Origin: an uncultured virus (IMG/VR IMGVR_UViG_3300005530_000001)
Lineage: Duplodnaviria; Heunggongvirae; Uroviricota; Caudoviricetes
DNA: 64,000 bases
IMG/VR virus record: IMGVR_UViG_3300005530_000001
Strand: one strand, 5' to 3'
Part shown: one piece after another, positions 21,001-28,212 of the stretch
How the letters are laid out: the number at the start of each line of letters is the position of its first letter
Numbering within the stretch: position 1 is the stretch's first letter
Notes under the pieces: model-generated
Database searches by the model: none
What the model saw: the letters and a program-made list of their open reading frames with translations, nothing else
Told to the model about the DNA's origin: nothing
Position numbers and translations under genes: made by a program

Positions 21001-21560
21001 CCTACAAGGCGCTCGGCTTTGGCAGCGCGGGCGGCCCCGCCGTCACGGGTCTCCAGAAGCAGGACACGACCGTGATGTCCCGGCTGCTGGCCCGCATCAC
21101 CCCGACCGACCCCACCATCGCCTCCGCGGTCACCTCCTCCCTCTTCGCGCAGGGGCCGACCCAGCCCGCGCAGATCCCGACCTTCTACAACTCGCTGCTC
21201 GGTGGGGCGGGCGCCAACGAGGCGGCCACCTACGCGCTCCAGGCCCAGCAGGACTACTACCAGGCCTTCACCTCGGGCGGCATGGCCACGGGCGGCGTCG
21301 TGACCGGCGGCATCCCGGGCCGCGACTCCGTGCCGAAGCTCCTGATGCCGGGCGAGCGCGTGCTGACCGTGGCCCAGAACAAGGACTACGAGCGCGGCAT
21401 GCAGGGCGGCGGGCCGGGCCCCGTCACCATTAACATCACCGTCAACGGCCATGTGGACGATCCGGAAGAGATGGCGCGCATCCTCGCGCCGAAGCTGCGC
21501 GACGAACTGCGTCGCATCGAGCCCCGGTACAGCCGGGCCGGGAACAAGACCCAGGTCTAG
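15012..21560 (+). CDS. tape measure protein
   Basis: 2182 aa; TP901-like core (AADFQSAF..V...), TM-like segments, long helical middle, GG.V.G...D.VP..L.PGE.V motifs, ITINITVNG end. Confidence 0.92.
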   Translation: MLSDIGARLTLDPGNWESNWKRATEVVNGSVGQIGQQVSRVGTSLNGIGTSATGMSDKFDTAFKKTLKNLDDMLKKTEDINKFVAGGNGPFRNFIVGLEDTGTAAAKLTSMIGPALTTVGTAATAAGAALLGVAALGIKAAADFQSAFTDVEIAVKLSDTATASAAEQYKELAENLHDLSVQTGMSAEDLAKLAGEAGVLGAKGVEGITDFVAAVTKIGIVTGISADQVALGMARITQSFGLGLESTMQLGNALESLRKTTTATPQAILQLTELIAPMADSLGISAQAAMGLAAAMAGTGGQAFYAANAFNTMGAAMQKAAMVGGGLGRLFADVMNLADGSIRSTEDFARVLEQDGTKAITLFIEGLGKLAKNQLEFNATLDQLGLGSARYRRIILELVKTTGEGADAQSLLRAKVQQSTEAFANGNQVAEDFAKKMSGLNDSFKQLWQAVQAGLITAFMPFLDLAEKGVRALTAFVNVLREHPLLLQFAAGLTIVGGVTLTTIGSFALFVRVGLEVVKTFGELAAAYRAYQVAVAAGESVGILKTLAFGWANASGAAVTGIRAIIAALTGPSGLMGAFALLNTALGPTGWVILGLVALGSALYYLETRYGALSKILDKINAMQAPDWMTKGLQNAPDARAIPGEPDEGAYDRFIQQQERLKDSILEVEEGVSEEWLAIVNWTRGVTANATPAAQSFSDHLRDVADQADKLTKKLDDIDTINKAIANKGKGGPSIEAGFPEQFALAEAQVKAQAAAAERARQEQAAFLGLSVTRGTTGTVEQIDLTIKAYEQAQADAFTEYQQTLEKMDKHAADVDRKSLAAKEAYNQRVSQLTVQLLGETGKRIEAVRQQTEDAYQFEQGLIDKLAGLYENDLEAFQRTNAEKLRDEEKTQIARASKEGLLKGLGDFGVDELTAALNKGQEYFERYVAAIAEQAPEAAARLLRIAAAYKVIAAEQFTLTKQVEASRDSLNGAAAGVGAYGEEFFKQTESFNKYRMAYAALDEVQRRNIDTLARARAEIERNNASEKILKDLHDSALPGLMAESDAFGRIGIAADVARQAQLTYHTAVENLTEAERGLLTVQQQLIVLTQARKQAADLFYAVGIPQYQGEVLALRAAEIQRDQAILQSALSTYQTINDSRQKSDQLHAQLLAAQGQEEGDFWKFITGQVQGAAANMDTVWQGLGKMMVDTFGNVQRSLSDVFFNVFTGQANSLKDVFKNLLNAMLRSLADFLASATVKAFLSFLGNLMNGQGAGEAAGNAVGSLFATPTSGGQAGSLTGLAGTAVSGIAAALKAFGIGSGSGSTPTMTSTGGTASSNPLGVSGGTTLQSPLAGLGSITGLGSGSGSTDIASTIYSLSQGMSLPDFSTPAFDFSSTFGSYTNEYYAEGGRVPGAGRGDIVPAMLEPGEFVVRRTVAESLGPALDLINGGGRGQVMGGRLHFATGGSVDLSGLSGTQSAALLQAMLLIQAQQLASQQQTAANTGQTAVALTGSQAPAPTSGSTQIMGTGGAATAVTVGGSGAASSPSGGSGGGMPSPGAAQFLASIAPYAKLGGETAKLSNLFFNPGGESGKALTTNLNALLGTVFGGFNLASGVATGNTMQTVSGGLGLASGITNFTGVQSFLNSTFGSSLLGSGSTAIGAGQIASSVLGAASGGLGLYGNISDMIKNGASFGSVASAILNAYQIYAAAAPVVGAATGVGLPTIGGALSSLGTTLSGTALGSALGIGAGVGAPVAGGAAGLGAGVAAAGAGATAAAAGSGAAFAAIPAGVTAGIVAAPLLIGVIVKMITDIEEKNRADARIFRAKQDLRTVIPQIIDQVPKVAQQTWGIVNDPNSTPAQIRAAFDAAASSYDLFNTYDNYFKTGTGAYGMVKVPQLIQIGQQLQPFLDMMQVGMIRGADRLATTAPSLVPTGSRYLDPMQLAQNVGVPLSSDNALVQGLQTNMPGLGTDLVSGLSIAPGGYLVPTDIYNQVVANVQPGHLEQSLAALSTLYGGALPDSYKALGFGSAGGPAVTGLQKQDTTVMSRLLARITPTDPTIASAVTSSLFAQGPTQPAQIPTFYNSLLGGAGANEAATYALQAQQDYYQAFTSGGMATGGVVTGGIPGRDSVPKLLMPGERVLTVAQNKDYERGMQGGGPGPVTINITVNGHVDDPEEMARILAPKLRDELRRIEPRYSRAGNKTQV

Positions 21561-21562
21561 CC

Positions 21563-22672
21563 ATGGCCGACATCAAGTCCGGCAAAGCGAGCTTCATGGC
21601 GGAGAACATGATCGTCAACACCTCCGCGGGCGTGACCGCCTCCAGCCAGGCCACGGGCGCGGTCAGCAAGCCCCAGAAGGAAGGGGCGGGCTCGGCGGCG
21701 GCGGTCCTCGCCGGGACCTTCAACGGCAGCGTGGCCGTCGACTTCTACGTCGAGATCGAGACCACGGGGGAGATCGGCAGCGCGACCTTCAAGTGGTCGA
21801 ACGACGGCGGCGCGACCTTCACCGCGACGGGCGTGGCCACCTCCACGAGCCCGGTCACGCTCCAGAACGGCATCACGATCCAGTGGAGCCAGGGCGCGGG
21901 CAACGACGTCGTGGCGGGGGACAACTGGCGCTTCAAGGGCTACCTGCCCTACGGCCGGGACAAGATCCTCGACCGCGACCGGGACACCGAGTGGCGCTCG
22001 ACGGGGGTCAGCAGCGAGAGCCTCGCCTTCGACCTGGGCGGCACCCAGACCCCGACGGTCCTGGTCGTGCTCGACCACAACCTCACCGCCGGAGCCAGCA
22101 TCCGCCTGCAGGGCTCCAGCGCCTCGAACTTCGGCACCCTGGTGGCCGACTACGTCGTGCCCTGGCAGACGGATCGGCTGCTCTACTTCCTGGGCGCGCC
22201 GCTGGTCGCGGCCCGCTACTGGCGCCTGCAGTTCAGCGATCCCGGCAACACGGACGGCTACCTCCGCGTCTCGGAGGTCTTCCTCGGCACCTACACCCGG
22301 ATCGCGCGGAGCTTCGAGTTGGGCGATCTGCGGGGCAAGGTGCGCGTGGGGCAGCGCGACCGCAGCCTCTCGGGCAAGTTCTACGGCGCCGTGAACACGA
22401 TCAGCCGCGCCTTCGATCTGTCCTGGGTGCGCCTGAGCCAGACCGACCGCGACCAGTTGGTGGCCGTCTTCGATGCCCTGAACGATCTGGCAAACCACAT
22501 GGTCCTCCCGGTCTTCTTCAGCCCCATGGACACCGACCTCTCGCAGGTCTTTCTCTGCGAGTGGTCGGATCAGCAGATCGTGGCCACGGGGGAGACGGAT
22601 GCGCCCGAGCGCTACACGGTCGCCGTCCGCCTGGTCGAAGTGCCCCGCACGCTGGCCACGAGTGCCGCCTGA
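21563..22672 (+). CDS. distal tail (Dit)-like protein with N-terminal inserted domain
   Basis: first gene after TMP; LDHNL, RYWRL.F.D, R.F.LSW..L, P.FF.P pattern. Confidence 0.6.
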   Translation: MADIKSGKASFMAENMIVNTSAGVTASSQATGAVSKPQKEGAGSAAAVLAGTFNGSVAVDFYVEIETTGEIGSATFKWSNDGGATFTATGVATSTSPVTLQNGITIQWSQGAGNDVVAGDNWRFKGYLPYGRDKILDRDRDTEWRSTGVSSESLAFDLGGTQTPTVLVVLDHNLTAGASIRLQGSSASNFGTLVADYVVPWQTDRLLYFLGAPLVAARYWRLQFSDPGNTDGYLRVSEVFLGTYTRIARSFELGDLRGKVRVGQRDRSLSGKFYGAVNTISRAFDLSWVRLSQTDRDQLVAVFDALNDLANHMVLPVFFSPMDTDLSQVFLCEWSDQQIVATGETDAPERYTVAVRLVEVPRTLATSAA

Positions 22673-22673
22673 G

Positions 22674-23174
22674 ATGGAACCGCGTACCCGCTTCTTCCAC
22701 GACAAGCAGTTGGAGCAGCGGACGCTCGTGCCGCAGATCATCCTGCGCACGGGGCTGGGCGATCGGGCCTGGGGCTTCCTCAATCCCGACATCAACAACC
22801 CCATCGGCACCGCGCTCTCTTCGACGGAGATCGAGTTCGTGCAGAGCGAGTTCGCCGACGAGCCGATCCTCGAACGCGCCCCGCGCCTCACGAGCTTGAG
22901 CCCGCTCCAGGAGTCGACGCAGCCCTTGGACCAGGACGTGCTGGGCTCCTGGGGACAGGGGCAGCGCGCGGTGCTCGCCTGCGAGGCCCACAACGACGAT
23001 CTAGCCATGACCGGGATGGTCGGCAAGGAGTACGTGCTGAATCAGCCGATCTTCCTCTTCGTGGGCTTCCCGGGACTCGACTGGGACTACAGCCAGTTGC
23101 GCTACTCGGGTTCGATCAACCGGATCACCCTCACCAAGAACAAGGTGAAGATCGAGGCGGAGACGCTGTGCTGA
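22674..23174 (+). CDS. tail tip / hub N-terminal-domain-like protein
   Basis: start re-called at 22674; N.D, LF.GF, YSG.I..I pattern of gpL/hub domain I; follows Dit. Confidence 0.5.
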   Translation: MEPRTRFFHDKQLEQRTLVPQIILRTGLGDRAWGFLNPDINNPIGTALSSTEIEFVQSEFADEPILERAPRLTSLSPLQESTQPLDQDVLGSWGQGQRAVLACEAHNDDLAMTGMVGKEYVLNQPIFLFVGFPGLDWDYSQLRYSGSINRITLTKNKVKIEAETLC

Positions 23175-23260
23175 GCCTGCGCGACCGCGTCGTGATCGGC
23201 GTGCTCCTGGCGGGCATCCTCGTCACGCTCCTCTGCCTCGTGCAGGCCCTCCGCGGCTAG
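23168..23260 (+). CDS. 30-aa single-TM micro-protein
   Basis: GTG..TAG, MLSLRDRVVIGVLLAGILVTLLCLVQALRG; fills the gap between two tail genes; GAGG upstream. Confidence 0.45.
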   Translation: MLSLRDRVVIGVLLAGILVTLLCLVQALRG

Positions 23261-23263
23261 GCC

Positions 23264-23740
23264 ATGGCTCAGGACCTCCTCGACCGCTTCACGCCGATCC
23301 ACAGCATGCCCATCAACAACGGGGGCATCGCCACCTGGGTCCTCTACCACGGCCACCGCATGCTGAAATTCCGGCAAGGCGGGGGCAACGTCGCCTACTT
23401 CGGCAGCGTCTGGAACAGCCTCTACAACGGCAGCGGCGTGATCGTCACCGTCGAGTGGACGGCCGCCGCCACCACCGCCGGGGTGCAGTGGACCGCGGCG
23501 TTCGAGCGCCAGCAGGCCGGAGTCTTCAGCTTCCTCGGCGCGAGCTTCCTGAGCCCCAAGACGACGGTCGCGGGCGCGTTAGCGGCGGCGAATCGCGCCA
23601 CGTATACGCAAATCCAGTTCGCGGCGGCCGATCTCCACGGCCTGGTCCCCTTCGAGGGCTACCGCCTGCAACTCTCCCGCGCCGACGCGGTCGCGATGGA
23701 TGCCTACGTCGCGCGCGTGTTCCTCCAGAACCGGACCTGA
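23264..23740 (+). CDS. beta-rich minor tail protein
   Basis: 158 aa jelly-roll-like pattern; directly before hub paralog 1. Confidence 0.55.
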   Translation: MAQDLLDRFTPIHSMPINNGGIATWVLYHGHRMLKFRQGGGNVAYFGSVWNSLYNGSGVIVTVEWTAAATTAGVQWTAAFERQQAGVFSFLGASFLSPKTTVAGALAAANRATYTQIQFAAADLHGLVPFEGYRLQLSRADAVAMDAYVARVFLQNRT

Positions 23741-23742
23741 CC

Positions 23743-25902
23743 ATGGCGGTCGTTCTTCCCGGGGGCAAAGCCTTGTACCTGCCCGGCCCCACGCCGCAGT
23801 TTCGGTACGACGTCGGGATCACGGGGGGCCATCTGCAATTCGGCTGCTGGATCTATCCCCAGGACGTGACCTACACGCAAGAGATTCTGACCCCAGTCGA
23901 AGCGCCCATCGCAGGTTCGTTGCCCAATGGCTACGTGCTCACGACCTTGCGCCTCGAAGGTGGCCCCACTGGCGGCCCGGGCACGCTCATGGTCATCAGC
24001 CAGGCCGATCTCTTCGGCTTCTGCTCGGTGGCGCGCTCGGTGCCCGGCACCATCGTGGCGAACCAGTGGCAGCACGTCCTCGCCGTCTTCCAGCCCTTCG
24101 GCATCGCCGACCCGCACCTCTACGTCAATGGCGTTGAGGTTACCTATGCCTTCGTCCGGGGCGAAGCAGGGTTGCCGTCCGCCGGAGGCTGGGATTTCCT
24201 GATCGGCTCGACATTCCGTGGCCTCGATGGGGGCCCGAGCTATCCCGCCGGGTCGCGCCTGGTTCTCGGGCAGCCCATCTATCCGGCCTTCCCCGCCCGG
24301 GCCTTTTCGACCGAGCCCGGGCGACCCTTCAAGGGCGGCATCCAGCACGTCGGCGTCTGGCATTCCGGGCTCGTGCAGGATAGCCCCGACAACACGATTG
24401 AGTCCCTCGCCGCAGGCTACAGCCCCACGTTCCTGCAGCACTACATCGAGGGCAGCGCGCTCAGTCGGGCATTGATGATGGCCCCGGCCTGTTACGGCGA
24501 GCACCCCACCGAGGAGTGTGATCCCGTCACTGGCATCGCGCTGGCTGAGACCATCGGCAGCGGCAACATCACGGAAATGGAAGGGCCCTGGGTCTCGGAG
24601 CCCTGCTTCCCCGAGATCGAAGGGCCGGGCCCGCCGATCCCGCACCACCCCAAGCTCTGCCTGCCCTTCGGGCTGCCGACGGCGGGGATCTACCTCAACC
24701 CCGGCAATCTGGGCGATCTGCTGCCCATCGTCTACGGCGACTTTCGCGTGGGCGGGCTGCGCGGCCCCGTGCCCGCCACGCTCATCGACCGCGGCGATCC
24801 CGCCGTCGATCCGCCCGAGGGCCCGTTCGTCTACTGTGGGGCCTGGCACCCGGTGGTGAGCGTCGAGAAGGTCTACATCGGCGACGTCGAGCAGGTCTTC
24901 AGCCTCGATACCGACGATCCCAACGCCAGCATCGTGGTCAGCCTCTCGAACAACTTCCAGAACCAGGGCCCGATCTGCACGATCACGTTCCTGCCGGACG
25001 CGGCGAACCGGATGCTGAGCCCAGCCGGGCAGCCGATCCAGGAGGTCTCCTGGCGCGGGCGCGGGGCCTTCGGCGCGGACGGCCTCACGGTCATGGAGAA
25101 CGCGATCGACCAGTTCGTCCATCTCCTCACGACCTACGGCAGCTTCGCGCTCGATCAGGATTTCGATCTGGCCGCGCTCGCCGAAGCGACCGCCGCCGTC
25201 GAGAGCCTCGGCTACAAGACCGCCTTCGTGGTGCAGACCCAGGACGTGACCCAGGACTGGCTCACCGAGATGCTCTTCAACGTCATGGGCTTCTGGCGGA
25301 TCAACGGACGCGAGCAGGTGGAGGTCCACGTCGACAGCGGCGGCCCCGTGGATCTCTCGGATCTGGCGGCCAGCGTGGTGGCGGCGCGCGACTGCCTCGA
25401 CGGCGACGACGGCGTCACGATGATCCTCGACAAGCAGGCCATCGTCAACGCGCTCGACGCCTACTACTTGTGGATGTGGAGCATCAACAGCGCGGCCAGC
25501 AAGATCGTGAGCGAGGTCGACCCGGTCTCGGTCGAAGCCTACACCGAGATGCGCAAGGCCGTGACGCTCAAGGGGCTGCGGCGGGCGCAGGACGTCCATA
25601 CCTGGGCCCAGATCCTCTTCACGCGGCAGGCCGCCCGCGAGCGCACCGAGGGCGGGACCATCCACTGCACGCTCCGGGGCAGCCAGTTCGCCCACCTGAC
25701 CATCGGCGACACCATCGCCTTTACCTGGCCCTACGGGCCCACGCGCGAGAACGGCCATCCCTACGTGAACCAGGTCCTGCGGATCGTGGAGATCGCGCTC
25801 GACGCCACCCGGGGCGGGGCGCTGGCCATCGTGGCCGTCGATCTGGGGACCTACGTGACCGGCCCCGGCGGGACGCGGCTGCTGACCCCGCTGGCGCGAT
25901 GA
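23743..25902 (+). CDS. tail hub/Tal-like protein paralog 1 with one N-terminal LamG-like domain
   Basis: 719 aa from re-called ATG; CWIYP, NQWQHV, LYVNG, FKG.I..V.VW (LamG); LPIVYGD.. C-domain shared with 30925. Confidence 0.7.
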   Translation: MAVVLPGGKALYLPGPTPQFRYDVGITGGHLQFGCWIYPQDVTYTQEILTPVEAPIAGSLPNGYVLTTLRLEGGPTGGPGTLMVISQADLFGFCSVARSVPGTIVANQWQHVLAVFQPFGIADPHLYVNGVEVTYAFVRGEAGLPSAGGWDFLIGSTFRGLDGGPSYPAGSRLVLGQPIYPAFPARAFSTEPGRPFKGGIQHVGVWHSGLVQDSPDNTIESLAAGYSPTFLQHYIEGSALSRALMMAPACYGEHPTEECDPVTGIALAETIGSGNITEMEGPWVSEPCFPEIEGPGPPIPHHPKLCLPFGLPTAGIYLNPGNLGDLLPIVYGDFRVGGLRGPVPATLIDRGDPAVDPPEGPFVYCGAWHPVVSVEKVYIGDVEQVFSLDTDDPNASIVVSLSNNFQNQGPICTITFLPDAANRMLSPAGQPIQEVSWRGRGAFGADGLTVMENAIDQFVHLLTTYGSFALDQDFDLAALAEATAAVESLGYKTAFVVQTQDVTQDWLTEMLFNVMGFWRINGREQVEVHVDSGGPVDLSDLAASVVAARDCLDGDDGVTMILDKQAIVNALDAYYLWMWSINSAASKIVSEVDPVSVEAYTEMRKAVTLKGLRRAQDVHTWAQILFTRQAARERTEGGTIHCTLRGSQFAHLTIGDTIAFTWPYGPTRENGHPYVNQVLRIVEIALDATRGGALAIVAVDLGTYVTGPGGTRLLTPLAR

Positions 25903-25910
25903 GGGGCGAC

Positions 25911-26129
25911 ATGGCGGACCCCCGTGAAGTCTGTCCCGGCTGCGAGCCGGAGGAAGAGCCGATCCACTACGTGACCGCCTACTGCTTCAGCCACCGGCCC
26001 GACGCGGCCGGACTGGATGATGCCGGGGTCCGGTTCTCCGAGACGTTCGATACGAGCGGGACCGCTGAGACGGACCCCAAAACCAACCGCGCCTGGTGCG
26101 CACTCTTCCACCGTGGAGGGACCTCGTGA
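25911..26129 (+). CDS. small Cys-containing hypothetical protein
   Basis: GAGGGG RBS; CPGC...C..H...WC. Confidence 0.5.
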   Translation: MADPREVCPGCEPEEEPIHYVTAYCFSHRPDAAGLDDAGVRFSETFDTSGTAETDPKTNRAWCALFHRGGTS

Positions 26130-26137
26130 GCCCGGCC

Positions 26138-26827
26138 CTACGACAACCCACGGTAACAGCCGAGAGAACAGAACCGCCCCGCCCCGCTATTCGGATAGGT
26201 CAGGAATGTCCTCCGGCACCGTTCGCAGCGTCGCTTCACGGCCCGGAGCTTTCTGACTCCCCGCATGACGAATGGCTCGCTCGGTCCGATCAGAGTGGGG
26301 TGCTGCCGCCGCGTATTGCAGCCGTGACAGGATGGCACGAGGTTCGCGGGGCGATTATCCCGGCTCTTGTTGTTGAGGTGGTCTGTTTCCAGTGTTCCGT
26401 CCTCCCAGGCCACAACCTTTCCGCACCAGTGGCAGTGGTGGCGCCCCGGTCCAGTCTTATCGAAGAGGACCAGCCGGTGTTCGAGCACCCGACCGAACCG
26501 ATCAGCCAATGGATGACTGGGGCAGCGGACCAGCCGGTACCGGCCGGTGCCGCCAGGCTTCGGCGGGGCATGCCGCCATCTCCAGAGAACGCTGCACGAC
26601 TGCGAGCAGAACCGGCCACCTTTCCGCTTCACCTTACTGGGCGACGCGTGCCACACGAACTTCGCCCCGCAGTGTCGACAGCGTCGAGTCAGTCGCGTGC
26701 CGCCTCTCGGCCGTTTGGCGCTACAGCTATGGGAACAGAACTTGGCTGCCCCGCTTCTCACCCGGTGAGCCTTCGCCAGGAACGGCGTCTGGCACGCCCG
26801 GCAGATGACCTGGACCAGTGGCAACAT
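26138..26827 (-). CDS. HNH homing endonuclease with repeated CxxC..F...FCS..C zinc modules
   Basis: V.EHRLV, CHWC, DHLN....DNRPANL..SC..CN; three FCS..C repeats; antisense to the late operon; lower GC. Confidence 0.85.
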   Translation of the reverse strand: MLPLVQVICRACQTPFLAKAHRVRSGAAKFCSHSCSAKRPRGGTRLTRRCRHCGAKFVWHASPSKVKRKGGRFCSQSCSVLWRWRHAPPKPGGTGRYRLVRCPSHPLADRFGRVLEHRLVLFDKTGPGRHHCHWCGKVVAWEDGTLETDHLNNKSRDNRPANLVPSCHGCNTRRQHPTLIGPSEPFVMRGVRKLRAVKRRCERCRRTFLTYPNSGAGRFCSLGCYRGLS

Positions 26828-26881
26828 GGCCAGGACCGTACCATTTCTTTCTGCCGTTATGCAAGGGTCAGGTGATCCACA

Positions 26882-27289
26882 TTGAGCAATGCATTATACG
26901 ATTCCGGAAGACAGAAGTTCCTGGAAGGGTCCATCGCGATCCTGACCGACGACATCAAGCTCTGCTTCGTGGACTCGGCGGACTACACGCCGAATCTGAC
27001 GACCGACGACTTCCTGAACGACATCGCGGGGGCGGGCATCGTGGCCACCTCCGGCAACTTCGCCAACAAGACCTCGGCGGCGGGGGTCTTCGACGCCGAC
27101 GACGTGGTCGTGTCGTCCGTGTCCGGCGACATCTTCGAGTACGTCGTGATCTACAAGGACTCCGGGGTGGCGGGCACGAGCCCGCTGATTGCGCTCATCG
27201 ACACCGCGACCGGGTTGCCGTTCACGCCGACCGGCAACAATATCACCGTGGCGTGGGACAACGGATCGAACAAAATCCTAAAGTTGTAA
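26882..27289 (+). CDS. conserved minor tail / fibre-attachment protein
   Basis: NALYD.GR..FL.G.I, GVFDADD, LIA.ID...GLP..P.G..I.V.WDNG.NKI family pattern; TTG start. Confidence 0.7.
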   Translation: MSNALYDSGRQKFLEGSIAILTDDIKLCFVDSADYTPNLTTDDFLNDIAGAGIVATSGNFANKTSAAGVFDADDVVVSSVSGDIFEYVVIYKDSGVAGTSPLIALIDTATGLPFTPTGNNITVAWDNGSNKILKL

Positions 27290-27306
27290 AACTATTGTCC
27301 CACGCA

Positions 27307-27426
27307 ATGGTGACATTATTGACAGTTGACAGTAGACGGCGGCATCAGCCCATCGGCATCCGAGCCCGCGAGATGCCGCACTGCCCGACCTGTACTTGCA
27401 GGCGGCGCTTGAGGAGAAAGCCATGA
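27307..27426 (+). pseudogene. possible relic C-terminus of a deleted HNH endonuclease gene
   Basis: HQPIGIRAREMPHCPTCTC resembles QP.G.R...HCPTCTC tails of phage HNH proteins; AT-rich upstream. Confidence 0.35.
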
Positions 27427-27701
27427 TCACTGTCGGCCAGACCTACCGCCACGTTCCGACCGGCCTGCCCTGCACCGTGACCGAGATCAACCGGGTTTCG
27501 GGCCGCATGATGGGCACGCTCAGCGATGGGCGCACCGCGCACGACATCCCGAGCCACGACCTGGTGGACCTGCCGCCCGCGACGCCGTCGGCGCCTGCGG
27601 CCGAGGCCGCGCCTGCCGCCGAGGAGGCGACGGAGGACGAGGACGCCAAGGGGCTCCTGACGCCGCGGCAGTTCTCGGCGCGCCTGCGGAGGGGCGAATG
27701 A
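27423..27701 (+). CDS. small SH3/KOW-like hypothetical protein
   Basis: GAGGAG RBS; VGQ.Y.H..TG...TVT pattern plus acidic tail. Confidence 0.55.
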   Translation: MITVGQTYRHVPTGLPCTVTEINRVSGRMMGTLSDGRTAHDIPSHDLVDLPPATPSAPAAEAAPAAEEATEDEDAKGLLTPRQFSARLRRGE

Positions 27702-27949
27702 CCGACCGCGTCGAGGCGCACTTCGGTCTCACGGAGAGCGGGCTCGGCGATCAGGTGCGGGTCACGCTCAGCCGCCCGATCCGGGTGCTGCGCTTCGATC
27801 CCGAGACCTGCTACCGCTGGGCCAACGCGCTCATCGCGCTCGGGCGGCAAGCCGAGCGGAACCAGGCCGGGCACGCGGCCCTCAGTGTCAAGGAAGTCGA
27901 CGCCCTGGAAGAGGCCCTCTGCGGGCGGCCGAGTCTGCGCGGTGGGTAG
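27698..27949 (+). CDS. hypothetical protein
   Basis: 83 aa; ATGA coupling; GGAGG RBS. Confidence 0.55.
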   Translation: MTDRVEAHFGLTESGLGDQVRVTLSRPIRVLRFDPETCYRWANALIALGRQAERNQAGHAALSVKEVDALEEALCGRPSLRGG

Positions 27950-28208
27950 CCCGTTCCTCGTCGGCCAGCGGGTCATCTGGCTCGTGCCCGGCAAGACGGG
28001 ACGGGTGACTGCGTTCAACCGTGTGAAGCAGACCGTGGATCTGCAGTTCGAGGAGGACGGCAGTGGGCGCGGCGACATCCCCGTGACCGAGGTGGTCTCG
28101 ATCGGCCAGGGGGCGGTCGAGCCGCCCACCACCAAGACGGGGCGGAGACCGAAGCCGCCCGGCATTGACTCTCAGGAGCGGTTCGGGCGCCCCAGTCTCG
28201 GAGGGTAA
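27942..28208 (+). CDS. small SH3/KOW-like hypothetical protein
   Basis: F.VGQRV......TGRVT.FN pattern, similar to 27423. Confidence 0.5.
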   Translation: MGSPFLVGQRVIWLVPGKTGRVTAFNRVKQTVDLQFEEDGSGRGDIPVTEVVSIGQGAVEPPTTKTGRRPKPPGIDSQERFGRPSLGG

Positions 28209-28212
28209 CGGC

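Noticed and set aside
26096..26875. 259-aa plus-strand ORF over the HNH gene
   Set aside because: The minus frame has complete HNH and zinc motifs; the plus frame has no recognisable features
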